Made by a program: the position numbers and the translations under genes. From Woeseiaceae bacterium (GTDB lineage Bacteria > Pseudomonadota > Gammaproteobacteria > Steroidobacterales > Woeseiaceae), in NCBI GenBank assembly GCA_013001045.1, contig JABDNG010000068.1:7789-71788 (forward strand): DNA of 64,000 bases, in the 5' to 3' direction. Below, piece after piece: positions 1 to 9,514 of the stretch. How positions within the stretch are numbered: position 1 is the stretch's first letter; every line of letters begins with the position of its first letter. The notes under the pieces are model-generated. The model had not been told where the DNA came from. It saw only the letters and a program-made list of their open reading frames with translations, and did no database searches.

Positions 1-753
1 ATACCGGCATGGCTGCGCGACCTCGGCGCTTTACACGGCCAACGCGAAGCGGCTGTGATTGCGACGCATATTTCGAGAAGTGCTCCCGTCAAGTTCGTCG
101 TTACGGCCGATCGTGTCTTCGGTGTCGACGAGGACGAAGCGTCGTCGACAATGCTTGCCGGCGCTCGAGCCGTACTCAGCGGTAGCCGCAAGCCGCACAG
201 GGATGTGCAGGATTTCTTCGAGCCTGTCGTCATGCCAGACCTGAATATTGCGGTATTCGGCGCGGGGCACGTTGGCACGGCCGTCGTCGATGCGCTTTGG
301 AATCTCGACTGCAATATTCGCTGGATTGACAGCCGGCGCAACGTTTTTCGAAAAGTGCCGCGTAATGTGCGCACGATCGAGACGCCGGACCCCGCGCTCG
401 AAGTTGCTGCCATGCCGTCCGGCAGTTTTTACCTTGTCATGACGCACAGCCACGCGCTGGACTTCGATGTTTGCGATCGCATTCTGCGCCGCAACGACGC
501 AAGCTACTGCGGCTTGATCGGCTCTGTGTCGAAGCGGCGTCGATTCGAAAAACGATTTCGGCAGCAAGGCTTGTCCGAAGCACTGATCGACACGCTGGTC
601 TGCCCGATCGGTGTTGCCGGAATCAGCGGCAAGAAACCGGCCGAGATCGCCGTGGCGGTCGCCGCCGAAATACTCAAGGTGAAGGATGAGGCGGCGCAGG
701 CGTCGGCATACCCTGAAAACGTCCACCCGTTGCCCAGCGGTAAACGCCGTTAA
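1..753 (+). CDS. xdhC: XdhC/CoxI-family xanthine dehydrogenase accessory (Mo-cofactor insertion) protein, 5' end cut by the window edge
   Basis: Frame 1 is open from nt 1, with no stop before the listed ATG at 55. Carries a Rossmann-like VFGAGHVG motif and a C-terminal CPIG..SGKKPAEIAVAV segment typical of XdhC. Sits directly upstream of the urate catabolism genes. Confidence 0.8.
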   Translation: MPAWLRDLGALHGQREAAVIATHISRSAPVKFVVTADRVFGVDEDEASSTMLAGARAVLSGSRKPHRDVQDFFEPVVMPDLNIAVFGAGHVGTAVVDALWNLDCNIRWIDSRRNVFRKVPRNVRTIETPDPALEVAAMPSGSFYLVMTHSHALDFDVCDRILRRNDASYCGLIGSVSKRRRFEKRFRQQGLSEALIDTLVCPIGVAGISGKKPAEIAVAVAAEILKVKDEAAQASAYPENVHPLPSGKRR

Positions 754-754
754 C

Positions 755-1933
755 ATGGAAGCCTATATCGCCGATTGGTTGAATCTGCTTCTCCGCTGGC
801 TTCATGGCATCACCGGCATCGCCTGGATTGGCGCTTCGTTCTATTTCATCTGGTTGGACAATCACCTCGAAACGCCACAGGAGCCGGACAGTGACGCGAA
901 GGGCGTCGGCGGTGAACTCTGGTCCGTGCACGGCGGCGGGTTTTATCACGCCCAGAAGTATCGTGTTGCACCGCCCTCGATCCCAGAGACCCTGCATTGG
1001 TTCAAGTGGGAGGCTTACACGACCTGGCTTTCCGGCATGGCCATGCTGGTCCTTGTCTACTGGTACGGGGCCCAGGTCTACCTGATCGATCCGGCAGTTG
1101 CCGACCTGTCGGTCGCCGCGGCGGTGGCTATTGCCGCCTCTTTCATCATTGGTGGGTGGGTGGTTTACGATCTTCTGTGCAAATCGCCGCTGGCACGTGA
1201 TACGCGAGTGTTTGCGATCATCTTGCTGGCACTGAGCGGCGTGCTCGCCTGGAGCCTGTGTCAGCTCTTTGGCGGTCGCGGCGCGTACATTCATTTCGGA
1301 GCCGTTCTCGGCACAATCATGGTCGCGAATGTGTTCTTCGTGATCATTCCGGGTCAGAATAAGATGGTCACAGCGGCCACGCGGGGCGAGGCTCCGGATC
1401 CTGCGCCCGGTATACGTGCAAAGCAGCGCTCTGTTCACAACACCTATTTCACGTTGCCGGTACTGTTCGTGATGACCAGCAATCACTACGCGATGACCTA
1501 CGGGCACGCGTACAACTGGGTCATCCTGATCGGTATTTCACTGGCCGGCGCGTTGATTCGAATCTATTTCGTCGAGCGCCACAAGGGGCGGGCCTCCGTG
1601 CTGCCCATCATTGTCGCCGTACTGATACTGGCCGCGATTGCCGCGGCGATCGTTCCGCGTACGACGGCGACCGATGGTGTGGCCACGACCTTCGATCAAG
1701 TCCGCAATGTCGTGAACGCACGCTGCACGACCTGCCATGCCGATTCGCCAACGCATCCCGCGTTTCCGGCGGCCGCGATGGGCGTTGTGCTGGATACGGA
1801 TGAGCGCATACTGGCGGAAGCTGCGCGCATCCACCAACAGGCGGTCGTGACGCGCGTCATGCCGATCGGTAATCTGACGGCGATGACCGACGACGAACGG
1901 CGGATCATCGATCAATGGTACAAAGGGCTATAG
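755..1933 (+). CDS. puuD: Membrane-bound urate hydroxylase PuuD with C-terminal cytochrome c domain
   Basis: The ATG at 755 follows the xdhC stop by 1 nt. The N-terminus MEAYIADWLNLLLRWLHGITGIAWIGASFYFIWLDNHLE and multiple TM segments match the PuuD family. A C-terminal CTTCH heme-c motif is present. The longer ORF-track start at 686 overlaps xdhC and is unlikely. Confidence 0.8.
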   Translation: MEAYIADWLNLLLRWLHGITGIAWIGASFYFIWLDNHLETPQEPDSDAKGVGGELWSVHGGGFYHAQKYRVAPPSIPETLHWFKWEAYTTWLSGMAMLVLVYWYGAQVYLIDPAVADLSVAAAVAIAASFIIGGWVVYDLLCKSPLARDTRVFAIILLALSGVLAWSLCQLFGGRGAYIHFGAVLGTIMVANVFFVIIPGQNKMVTAATRGEAPDPAPGIRAKQRSVHNTYFTLPVLFVMTSNHYAMTYGHAYNWVILIGISLAGALIRIYFVERHKGRASVLPIIVAVLILAAIAAAIVPRTTATDGVATTFDQVRNVVNARCTTCHADSPTHPAFPAAAMGVVLDTDERILAEAARIHQQAVVTRVMPIGNLTAMTDDERRIIDQWYKGL

Positions 1934-1942
1934 GGCCAATCG

Positions 1943-2854
1943 ATGCCAGACACAGGCTACCCCAGAGACATGAGCGGTTACGGACAGCAACCTCCCGCGG
2001 CGAACTGGCCGCTGGAGGCACGCACCGTGGTGCAGTTCGTCATCAATTATGAAGAGGGTGGCGAAAATTGCGTGCTGCATGGCGACGCGGCGTCGGAAGC
2101 GTTTCTCTCCGAGATTGTCGGCGCTGAAGCGATACCGGGTCAGCGGCACATGAACATGGAATCCCTTTACGAATATGGTTCCAGGGCCGGATTCTGGCGA
2201 CTGCACCGCCTGTTTACAGAGCGCGAGATGCCGGTCACCGTGTTTGCCGTTGCTATGGCGCTCGAACGCAATCCCGAAGTCGCAGCGGCGATGACCCAGG
2301 CGGGCTGGGACATCGCGAGCCACGGTTATCGATGGATCGATTACCAGCACATCGACGAAGAAACGGAACGCCGACACCTGCGCCAGGCCATCGAAACGCA
2401 TGAACGAGTCTGCGGCGCGCGGCCTGCGGGCTGGTACCTGGGGCGCTGCAGCCCGAACAGTCATCGCATTGCTGCCGAGGAAGGCAATTTCATCTACAAC
2501 GCAGACAGCTATGCCGACGACTTGCCGTACTGGGATTACTCGTTCGACGTGCCGCAGCTGATGGTGCCTTATACGCTCGATGCGAATGATATGCGCTTCG
2601 TCACGCCGCAAGGATTCAACTCGGGGTCACAGTTTTATGACTATTTGAAAGATACGTTTGATGTATTGCATGCGGAGGGTGGTCGCATGATGTCCGTGGG
2701 TTTGCATTGCCGGCTTGCGGGGCGGCCCGGGCGGACAGCCGCGGTAGCACGATTTGTCGACTATGTGGCGTCGCACGATGATGCGTGGGTTGCAACCCGG
2801 CTCGATATTGCGAACCACTGGCGTGCATCTCACCCTGCAAGGGCCCGCGCATGA
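1943..2854 (+). CDS. puuE: Allantoinase PuuE (polysaccharide-deacetylase fold, metal-independent)
   Basis: The sequence YPRDMSGYG..PP...WP....V.FVINYEEGGE followed by HGYRW is characteristic of PuuE. The gene lies between puuD and uraD. Confidence 0.85.
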   Translation: MPDTGYPRDMSGYGQQPPAANWPLEARTVVQFVINYEEGGENCVLHGDAASEAFLSEIVGAEAIPGQRHMNMESLYEYGSRAGFWRLHRLFTEREMPVTVFAVAMALERNPEVAAAMTQAGWDIASHGYRWIDYQHIDEETERRHLRQAIETHERVCGARPAGWYLGRCSPNSHRIAAEEGNFIYNADSYADDLPYWDYSFDVPQLMVPYTLDANDMRFVTPQGFNSGSQFYDYLKDTFDVLHAEGGRMMSVGLHCRLAGRPGRTAAVARFVDYVASHDDAWVATRLDIANHWRASHPARARA

Positions 2855-3339
2855 TGGACACTCACGATTTCATCGCGCGTTACGCCGGGATCTACGAGCA
2901 TTCACCCTGGGTTGCCGAACGTGTGGCGCCATTCGCGAGCGATGTCGATAATGCCGGGCAGCTCGCCGCACTGATGGCGGATTGCGTCGACAACGCGGCG
3001 CCGGAAAAACAGCTCGAGCTGATCCAGGCGCATCCGGATCTCGCGGGAACAGCGCAAATTGCTGGCGAGTTGACCGCCGACTCGACCTTCGAACAGGAGA
3101 GCGCCGGGCTGGATCAATGCACGCCCGAAGAGTTCGAGCGATTTCAAGCACTCAACGCGGCTTACCGGGACAAGTTCAGTTTCCCGTTTGTCATGGCCGT
3201 TCGTGGCAGTCATCGCACGGAAATACTCGACGCATTCGCCGCGCGGCTGGAAAATAGCTACGACCTCGAGTTCGAGACGGCGCTCACCGAAATTCACAAA
3301 ATCGCCCGCCTTCGTCTCGACGCCATGGGAGCCGAATAA
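2851..3339 (+). CDS. uraD: 2-oxo-4-hydroxy-4-carboxy-5-ureidoimidazoline (OHCU) decarboxylase
   Basis: The ATG at 2851 overlaps the puuE stop (ATGA). The motifs YAGIYEHSPWVAE and IQAHPDLAG are typical of OHCU decarboxylase. The track start at 2785 would overlap puuE by 70 nt. Confidence 0.85.
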   Translation: MMDTHDFIARYAGIYEHSPWVAERVAPFASDVDNAGQLAALMADCVDNAAPEKQLELIQAHPDLAGTAQIAGELTADSTFEQESAGLDQCTPEEFERFQALNAAYRDKFSFPFVMAVRGSHRTEILDAFAARLENSYDLEFETALTEIHKIARLRLDAMGAE

Positions 3340-4307
3340 TGACGCGATCGATCAGCAAATGGATACAGCTCGAACAACCGCGGCTTGGAACCCGGGTCAC
3401 GTACGCGACGGACGAGTTTTTTGGCGCCAAAGAACGAATCATCGACCCTGCCGATGCCGTTTTCATCGCGGACAAATATGACGACCACGGCAAATGGATG
3501 GATGGTTGGGAGAGCCGACGCCGCAGAGGTCCGGGACACGATTACTGCGTGATACGCCTGGGCGTGCCAGGCATCATTCACGGCTTCGATATCGACACGA
3601 GCCACTTCACCGGAAACTACCCGCCGCAGGCTGCGATAGAAGCATGTGCCAGCGCATTGGACACGCCGGAAGAGGGTTGGGTCGAATTGTTGCCGAAGAC
3701 AGACCTGTCCGGAAATACGCATAACTTTCTGGACGTCCGTAGCGAGCGGATCTGGAGCCATGTCCGGCTACACATCTACCCGGACGGCGGAATCGCTCGC
3801 CTCAGGATATTTGGTGAAATTCGCGCCGACTTTACTGATGTCGACGGTTACGTCGACCTGGCCGCGGTCGAACACGGCGGCCGTGCCATAGCCTGTAGCG
3901 ACGAGCACTATGGCAGCAGGCATAACCTTACGGCGCCCGGACGCGGCATCAACATGGGTGATGGCTGGGAGACGGCGCGTCGACGGGGTCCGGGCAACGA
4001 CTGGGTCATCATCGCGCTGGGTCAGCCGGGTGTTATCGAGCGCGCCGAGATCGATACGGCGCATTTCAAGGGCAATTATCCGGATCGAGTGTCGCTGGGA
4101 GGCGCCGTCTTCGAGAGCGACGAGCAGGCGCTGCTTGACGAAAACGCCTGGCGCACCTTGCTGCCGGAAGCGAAGCTCAAAATGGATCAACAGCATTATT
4201 TTGATGAGGTGTTGCTGCCAATCGGACCGGTGAGTCACGTGCGTATGTCCATCTATCCGGACGGCGGCGTCAGCCGCATTCGGCTGTTCGGTCAGGTCCA
4301 TGGCTGA
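3339..4307 (+). CDS. alc: Allantoicase
   Basis: Two-repeat allantoicase architecture: DEFFG..., GWESRRRRGPGHDY in the first half and GWETARRRGPGNDW in the second. The start overlaps the uraD stop by 1 nt. Confidence 0.9.
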   Translation: MTRSISKWIQLEQPRLGTRVTYATDEFFGAKERIIDPADAVFIADKYDDHGKWMDGWESRRRRGPGHDYCVIRLGVPGIIHGFDIDTSHFTGNYPPQAAIEACASALDTPEEGWVELLPKTDLSGNTHNFLDVRSERIWSHVRLHIYPDGGIARLRIFGEIRADFTDVDGYVDLAAVEHGGRAIACSDEHYGSRHNLTAPGRGINMGDGWETARRRGPGNDWVIIALGQPGVIERAEIDTAHFKGNYPDRVSLGGAVFESDEQALLDENAWRTLLPEAKLKMDQQHYFDEVLLPIGPVSHVRMSIYPDGGVSRIRLFGQVHG

Positions 4308-4809
4308 CCGCACCGCGATCTCGCTTGAACCCGAACCGCTGACGGCCGAGCGGTTTGCGCCTTACGGCGATGTAATAGAGGCGGCGGTCAACCCGTCAGG
4401 GGCGATGAATGCCGCACGGTTTGAGCGGTTCGACGATCTTTGCGCCGTCGACATAGCGAAAGGCGGCCATCTGTCGATGAGTGTCGCGCGTTGCCGAACG
4501 CCGACGGCGTTGCCGTTGCGCATCGATACCGTTGAGCGACATCCACTCGGCAGCCAGGCATTTGTTCCGCTGCAGCGCTGCAGGATGGTTATCGTCGTCG
4601 CGCCGCCAGGGGAATCGCTCGATGCCGGCGACCTGCGGGCTTTCGTCACTAACGGCAAGCAGGGCTTCAATTACCATCGCGGCACCTGGCATATGCCACT
4701 CATTGCATTCGAAGCGGGGCAGGAATTTCTGGTCGTGGATCGTGGCGGTAGTGAACCTAACTGCGAGGAATACACGCTCGATGACGTCGTCATGCTGGAA
4801 GCGGTCTGA
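4300..4809 (+). CDS. allA: Ureidoglycolate lyase
   Basis: About 168 aa with LT.E.FAPYG.VIE at the N-terminus and NYHRGTWH near the C-terminus, typical of the AllA family. Overlaps the alc stop by 8 nt. Confidence 0.85.
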   Translation: MADRTAISLEPEPLTAERFAPYGDVIEAAVNPSGAMNAARFERFDDLCAVDIAKGGHLSMSVARCRTPTALPLRIDTVERHPLGSQAFVPLQRCRMVIVVAPPGESLDAGDLRAFVTNGKQGFNYHRGTWHMPLIAFEAGQEFLVVDRGGSEPNCEEYTLDDVVMLEAV

Positions 4810-4814
4810 ACTTC

Positions 4815-6128
4815 ATGCGACAGGCCTTTCGTTCTTCGATTCTGCACTGCCTCTCGGATCCGGGCGAAGCATCACAACGATCGGCTTACGAATACTTCGA
4901 AGACGGCCTGCTCATCGTCGACAACGGCACGGTTGCTCAGGCGGGTAGCGCGGAATCGTTACTGCCGGGTCTGGCCGAAGATGTGTTGCTTACGGAGCTG
5001 CCCGGCAAGCTGATCGTGCCGGGGTTCATAGATTGTCACGTGCATTTCCCACAGCTTGACATCATCGCGTCCTATGGCGAGCAACTGCTTGACTGGCTGC
5101 ATCGCTATGCATACCCGGTCGAGGCGCGCTTCAGCGACCCGGACTACGCACATGAGGTGGCAACCGTCTTCGTTGACGAGCTGTTGAACAACGGCACGAC
5201 GACGGCACTGGTATTCGGCACCGTCCATCCGCATTCAGCCGATGCGATTTTCGAGGCCGCCGCGGCGCGAGACATGCGCCTGATCGCGGGCAAAGTCCTG
5301 ATGGACTGCAATTGTCCGGACGAACTCAAGGACGATGCGGACTCGGCTTATGCCGACAGCAAGGCGTTAATCGAACGCTGGCATGGCCAGGGCCGGCTGG
5401 GCTATGCCATTACGCCGCGCTTTGCGTTGACGTCAACAGATGCGCAACTTGCGGCCGCCGGGAAACTCGCTCGCGAATACCCTGAAGTGTGGATTCACAC
5501 ACACCTGGCCGAGAATACGGTGGAGGTTGAACAGATCGCGAGGCAGTTCCCGAGCAGTAGAAGTTATCTCGATGTTTACGATCAGTTCGGGCTGCTGCGC
5601 GAACGTTCGGTCTTTGCACATTGTCTGCATATGGATGACAGGGATCGGGACTGCATGGCAAGCAAAGGCGGCGCTGCGGCATTTTGTCCAACCTCCAACC
5701 TGTTCCTGGGCAGCGGCCTGTTGGATTTGTCGGCGATGCGCGCGGCCAACGTGAGGTGCGGGCTGGGTACGGACGTCGGCGGTGGAACGAGCCTGTCGTT
5801 GCTCAAGACTGCAAGCGACGCTTACAAAGTTTTGCATTTGCAGGATCATGCGCTGCCGGCAACCCGGGCACTGTACCTCGCGACCCTGGGCGCAGCCGAG
5901 GCGCTGTATCTCGAGGATAAGGTCGGCAATTTCCTGCCTGGGAAGGAAGCGGATTTTGTCGTGCTCGATCCCGAGGGTTCGCGACTGACGGCGCGCCGTA
6001 CATCTGCCGCGGAGACGATCGAGGAGGCACTGTTTGCATTGATAACACTGGCCGACGATCGGCATATCGCCGCAACTTTCGTCCGCGGCACCGCGCAAAA
6101 ATCAAGCTCGTTTGCTTATGTAAAATAG
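4815..6128 (+). CDS. guaD: Guanine deaminase (amidohydrolase superfamily)
   Basis: The motifs PGFIDCHVHFPQ, THLAEN and GTDVGGG are typical of guanine deaminase. Sits in a purine catabolic context. Confidence 0.85.
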   Translation: MRQAFRSSILHCLSDPGEASQRSAYEYFEDGLLIVDNGTVAQAGSAESLLPGLAEDVLLTELPGKLIVPGFIDCHVHFPQLDIIASYGEQLLDWLHRYAYPVEARFSDPDYAHEVATVFVDELLNNGTTTALVFGTVHPHSADAIFEAAAARDMRLIAGKVLMDCNCPDELKDDADSAYADSKALIERWHGQGRLGYAITPRFALTSTDAQLAAAGKLAREYPEVWIHTHLAENTVEVEQIARQFPSSRSYLDVYDQFGLLRERSVFAHCLHMDDRDRDCMASKGGAAAFCPTSNLFLGSGLLDLSAMRAANVRCGLGTDVGGGTSLSLLKTASDAYKVLHLQDHALPATRALYLATLGAAEALYLEDKVGNFLPGKEADFVVLDPEGSRLTARRTSAAETIEEALFALITLADDRHIAATFVRGTAQKSSSFAYVK

Positions 6129-6224
6129 CCGCACTGAGCGACAGGTTTAAGCTTAAAGGTCCATTTTTCCCAATACTTGGTTTTTCATGGTGCAGGCCTT
6201 TGAGACCCCCTATATTTCCCGGCC

Positions 6225-7049
6225 ATGTGGGAAAAAAAGAATAACAAGCTCAACAAGGTCTTCCTCGCACTGCTCCAATCTCTCGCCCGGCTATTCCTGC
6301 GTAATGGCCGGGGCTATCGCGAATTCTCGGAGCTTTCGAAAGCTGCCTTTGTCACCGTTGCCGCCGAAGACTACGGCGTGCACGGTCGACCGACGAATGT
6401 GTCGCGAATAGCTTCGATGACCGGGCTCACGCGCAAGGAAATAAGCCGAATCCGAAAACGGGTTACCAATGGCAATGCGGCCGTCACCGTGCGTGGTACA
6501 CCGATAACGGAAGTGGTTGCGGCGTGGCGGTCATGTCCGGAGTTTCTGGATGAGAGCGGTGAATCCAGGGCGCTGCCGTTGGGTGGAAACCATGGCTCAT
6601 TCAAGGCACTCGTCAAGCAGTATGCCGGCGATATTCCGGAGGGTGCCCTGCGCAAGGAGCTGCAGCGCATTGGTACTGCCGAAGTCCGCGATGACACAGT
6701 GCACCTGTGTCCTGAATCGCCGGTAAAAGAAAAGCTCGAAGCAGAAATCGCAATGCAGTTACAAGCGGGTCCGCATGCGCTGCTCGCGGCGCTCGCTCGT
6801 AATGGGTCGGCGCATATGAGCGGCGACAATTGGCCGCTGGCGACAGTCAGTCAAAAATCGGTTCGCAAATCCGACCTGTGCCGCGTACGTAAGCTTGCGG
6901 CAGCGCGGCTACGGGCGGCAACAAGCAACATTGCGGAATTGCTGGACGCGTATGCCGTACCGCCTGACGGTAAAGGTGTCGATGAACCGGTGATCGAGGT
7001 ATCTGCCGGCGTCTACTACGCCGAGGGGCCGGCCGTCACAGACGAGTAA
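6225..7049 (+). CDS. Hypothetical protein with a probable N-terminal helix-turn-helix; resembles what I recall as the DUF6502 family
   Basis: Clean 274-aa ORF. The N-terminal segment LLQSLARLFLRNGRGYREFSELSKAAFVTVAAEDYGVHGRPTNVSRIASMTGLTRKEISRIRK looks like a DNA-binding HTH. I recognise no catalytic motif. Confidence 0.55.
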   Translation: MWEKKNNKLNKVFLALLQSLARLFLRNGRGYREFSELSKAAFVTVAAEDYGVHGRPTNVSRIASMTGLTRKEISRIRKRVTNGNAAVTVRGTPITEVVAAWRSCPEFLDESGESRALPLGGNHGSFKALVKQYAGDIPEGALRKELQRIGTAEVRDDTVHLCPESPVKEKLEAEIAMQLQAGPHALLAALARNGSAHMSGDNWPLATVSQKSVRKSDLCRVRKLAAARLRAATSNIAELLDAYAVPPDGKGVDEPVIEVSAGVYYAEGPAVTDE

Positions 7050-7055
7050 GCAGCG

Positions 7056-7493
7056 TCAGTCCGTGATTTGTAGGGTCGTCTGCAGATGTGACGTCGCTTT
7101 CATCGAGTTAGTGATAAGGCAATTGCGTTCGGCTTTCTCCAGTAAGCCTTGCGCTTTCTTCTCATCAGTGCCCGCGGGCACCGTTAACTCGACCCGCAGG
7201 TTGAATGCGGTGAACTGTGTTGCGCGTTCGACTTTTTCAAGTGTGCCAGAAACGTCGCAACTCAATGACGCCCAGTCAAACCGTGAAGCGCGTGCGATCG
7301 CGCGAAACGTCAGGATGAAGCAGTTGGCGACGGCGCCGACGAGCAAGGTCTCCGGAGACCAGACGTCGCCAGGTCCGCCAAACTCGGGCGGGCCGGCTGT
7401 GTCGAGGCTTTCGAGGCCCATGCTCGATAGCACGACGAGACTTTCGGCGTTCGCGTTCGCTGACACTTTGTAGTGATGGGGGAGATCTTGCAT
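7056..7493 (-). CDS. OsmC/Ohr-family peroxiredoxin-like protein
   Basis: The motifs PPEFGGPG..WSPE.LL.GAVA.CF and C-terminal C.I.NS are typical of the OsmC family. I prefer the ATG at 7493 (MQDLPHHYK) over the track start at 7526. Confidence 0.75.
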   Translation of the reverse strand: MQDLPHHYKVSANANAESLVVLSSMGLESLDTAGPPEFGGPGDVWSPETLLVGAVANCFILTFRAIARASRFDWASLSCDVSGTLEKVERATQFTAFNLRVELTVPAGTDEKKAQGLLEKAERNCLITNSMKATSHLQTTLQITD

Positions 7494-7582
7494 GGCTGCT
7501 CCGGGGCAAGCTAACGAATACAGCATGATTTAGGTCGTCGCGGAAGAAAACAAGCTTCGGAAAACCGAAACGGCCGGCCGGA

Positions 7583-8827
7583 TCAGGCGTCGATAAAGAT
7601 CGCCCGAAAGTCGTTGACGTTGGTGCGTGTCGGTCCGGTGAAAACCAGGGCATCCAGTTCATCGAAAAAACGATAGCTGTCGTTATTGGCTTGCAGTTGC
7701 TTCGCATCGATTCCCTGTGCGCGCGCGCGTGCGAGCATGCCGGGCAAGACGACACTGCCCGCGTTGTCGCCAGCGCCGTCGATACCGTCCGTGTCGCAGG
7801 CGAGTGCCGACACCGCGGGATGGCCGTCAAGCACAATCGCGAGCGAAAGGGCGTATTCCCCGTTGCGGCCGCCACGACCGTTCCCGGTCACGCGGACCGT
7901 CGTCTCGCCACCGGACAGAATGACGCAAGGCGCCTCAACGGGCCCATTCCCGGTGGCTATTGCGATGGCAAGGCGCGCATGTTCCTCGGCCAGCATGCGT
8001 GCGTCGCCGTTGAGATCACCGAGAAGGTAGGGCGTGACGCCCAGTCCGATGGCCTTTGCGGCCGCCGCCTGGAGCGCGTCGTCACTGGTAGCGAGAACGT
8101 GCACGTCGCCTGTGGCGGAATTGGCGGGCGGGTCCTTGGCGGCTCGCATTGCCGTGATTACCTCATCGCTGACGTCGATCTCGTAATGGGAAAGCACAGA
8201 CAGGGCGTCCGATACTGTTGACGTGTCCGCAATGGTCGGACCGGACGCTACGATCGATACATCGTTACCCGGTACATCAGAAATAAGCAGTGTGATGATG
8301 GTGGCTGGTGCGCAAGCGGCAGCCAGCTTACCGCCTTTGATACCGGACATTTTTTTGCGCACCGTATTAATTTCCCGGATGGAAGCGCCGCAATGCAACA
8401 GTTGTGACGTGATTTGCTGCTTGTCCGTCAAAGAAATGCCGGCCAGCGGCAATGTCAGCAACGAGGAGCCTCCTCCGGACAGTAGGCAAACGACCGTGTC
8501 TCCTGTGGCCAGTCCCGAGCAATGCGTGAGCAAGGTTTTTGTTGCATCGACATTCGGCTCCTCCGGGATCGGATGTGAGCCTTCCATGACGTCGACCTGT
8601 TGGCAGGCTACGCCGTGTCCGCGCGGCACGATTACCGCACCGCGTAATGGCCCAGGCCAGCGCCGCTCGAGTTCGAACGCCATACTGGCAGCGGCCTTGC
8701 CGGCACCGACGATGACGATGTCGCCTGCGGGGCGCCCGGGCAGCCAGGTCGACATGCATTGCGCTGGGGTCGCCGCTTCAACCGCGACCTCGAACAAAGA
8801 ACGCAATAGCGCTTTGCTATCAGGCAT
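7583..8827 (-). CDS. Glycerate 2-kinase / hydroxypyruvate reductase-type protein (DUF4147 + MOFRL domains)
   Basis: The motifs IVGAGKAAASMA, LLSGGGSSLL and ILSGGETTV..TG.GRGGRN are hallmarks of the TtuD/GckA family. Confidence 0.8.
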   Translation of the reverse strand: MPDSKALLRSLFEVAVEAATPAQCMSTWLPGRPAGDIVIVGAGKAAASMAFELERRWPGPLRGAVIVPRGHGVACQQVDVMEGSHPIPEEPNVDATKTLLTHCSGLATGDTVVCLLSGGGSSLLTLPLAGISLTDKQQITSQLLHCGASIREINTVRKKMSGIKGGKLAAACAPATIITLLISDVPGNDVSIVASGPTIADTSTVSDALSVLSHYEIDVSDEVITAMRAAKDPPANSATGDVHVLATSDDALQAAAAKAIGLGVTPYLLGDLNGDARMLAEEHARLAIAIATGNGPVEAPCVILSGGETTVRVTGNGRGGRNGEYALSLAIVLDGHPAVSALACDTDGIDGAGDNAGSVVLPGMLARARAQGIDAKQLQANNDSYRFFDELDALVFTGPTRTNVNDFRAIFIDA

Positions 8828-9429
8828 CAGGTTGTGGCGTTGTTATCCACTTCCACATGCGGAGCAAGCCGATCCAGCAGGTCGGCCATTTCCGGGCGAT
8901 TGCTGCGCAGTTCTTCGATAGAAAAGCCGGACAGTTCGTAAGGAAGGACGAGCCAGTCATCCGTCTGGTGCACGAAATAGTCCGGCGTGCGCAGCGTCTT
9001 CTCCGTCGGCCGATACCAGACAGAGGCCGTACGGATGTCATGCGGCAGATTACGCCGCGTTCTTTTCGCCAGCTGGTTGATAACTGCAGTCACGCTGGAG
9101 CCCGTGCTGTAGACATCGTCGACGATGAGCAGGGAGTGGTGGGAGCAAAGCGTCTCCAGAAGATATTGCATGCCGTGGACGCGGATAGAGTCGGCTGTAT
9201 TGACCATTTGCGCATACCGCGCGGCGCCCGTGTAGGACGTGCGAATGGCGATATGGTCGGTCTCGACGCCGAAGTAATCGAGCCCTTCCTGCACGGCGAT
9301 GCCCACTGCGCTGCCGCCGCGCCACAGCCCGACAAGAAAATCGGGCTTGAAGCCGGCCTCGTATATGTTCGCTGCCAGTCGAAACGAATCCCGAAGCAAG
9401 TCGTCGGCTGCTATGAATCGCTCGTTCAT
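8827..9429 (-). CDS. Phosphoribosyltransferase (purine PRTase-like), paralog 1
   Basis: Has the PRPP-binding loop LLIVDDVYSTGSS. The N-terminal GFKPDFLVGLWRGG..VG matches small Gpt/Hpt-like PRTases. Its stop overlaps the glycerate kinase start by 1 nt. Confidence 0.75.
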   Translation of the reverse strand: MNERFIAADDLLRDSFRLAANIYEAGFKPDFLVGLWRGGSAVGIAVQEGLDYFGVETDHIAIRTSYTGAARYAQMVNTADSIRVHGMQYLLETLCSHHSLLIVDDVYSTGSSVTAVINQLAKRTRRNLPHDIRTASVWYRPTEKTLRTPDYFVHQTDDWLVLPYELSGFSIEELRSNRPEMADLLDRLAPHVEVDNNATT

Positions 9430-9514
9430 AATCCTTGTTCCCGGGCCGCACTGCGCTAGAATTGAGGACCAGCATTATACCGACTGCCGCAAGTCCGCAT
9501 CCAAGAGAATAATA

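Noticed and set aside
674-1507. 277-aa minus-strand ORF antisense to puuD. Similar long antisense ORFs occur at 14014-15060, 34459-35475, 36291-37067, 48583-49698 and 44246-44725.
   Set aside because: All are shadow ORFs of confidently identified genes (puuD, the diguanylate cyclase, the NhaC-family gene, fdsA, batB, moxR). They have low-complexity Arg/Pro-rich translations and no start context.
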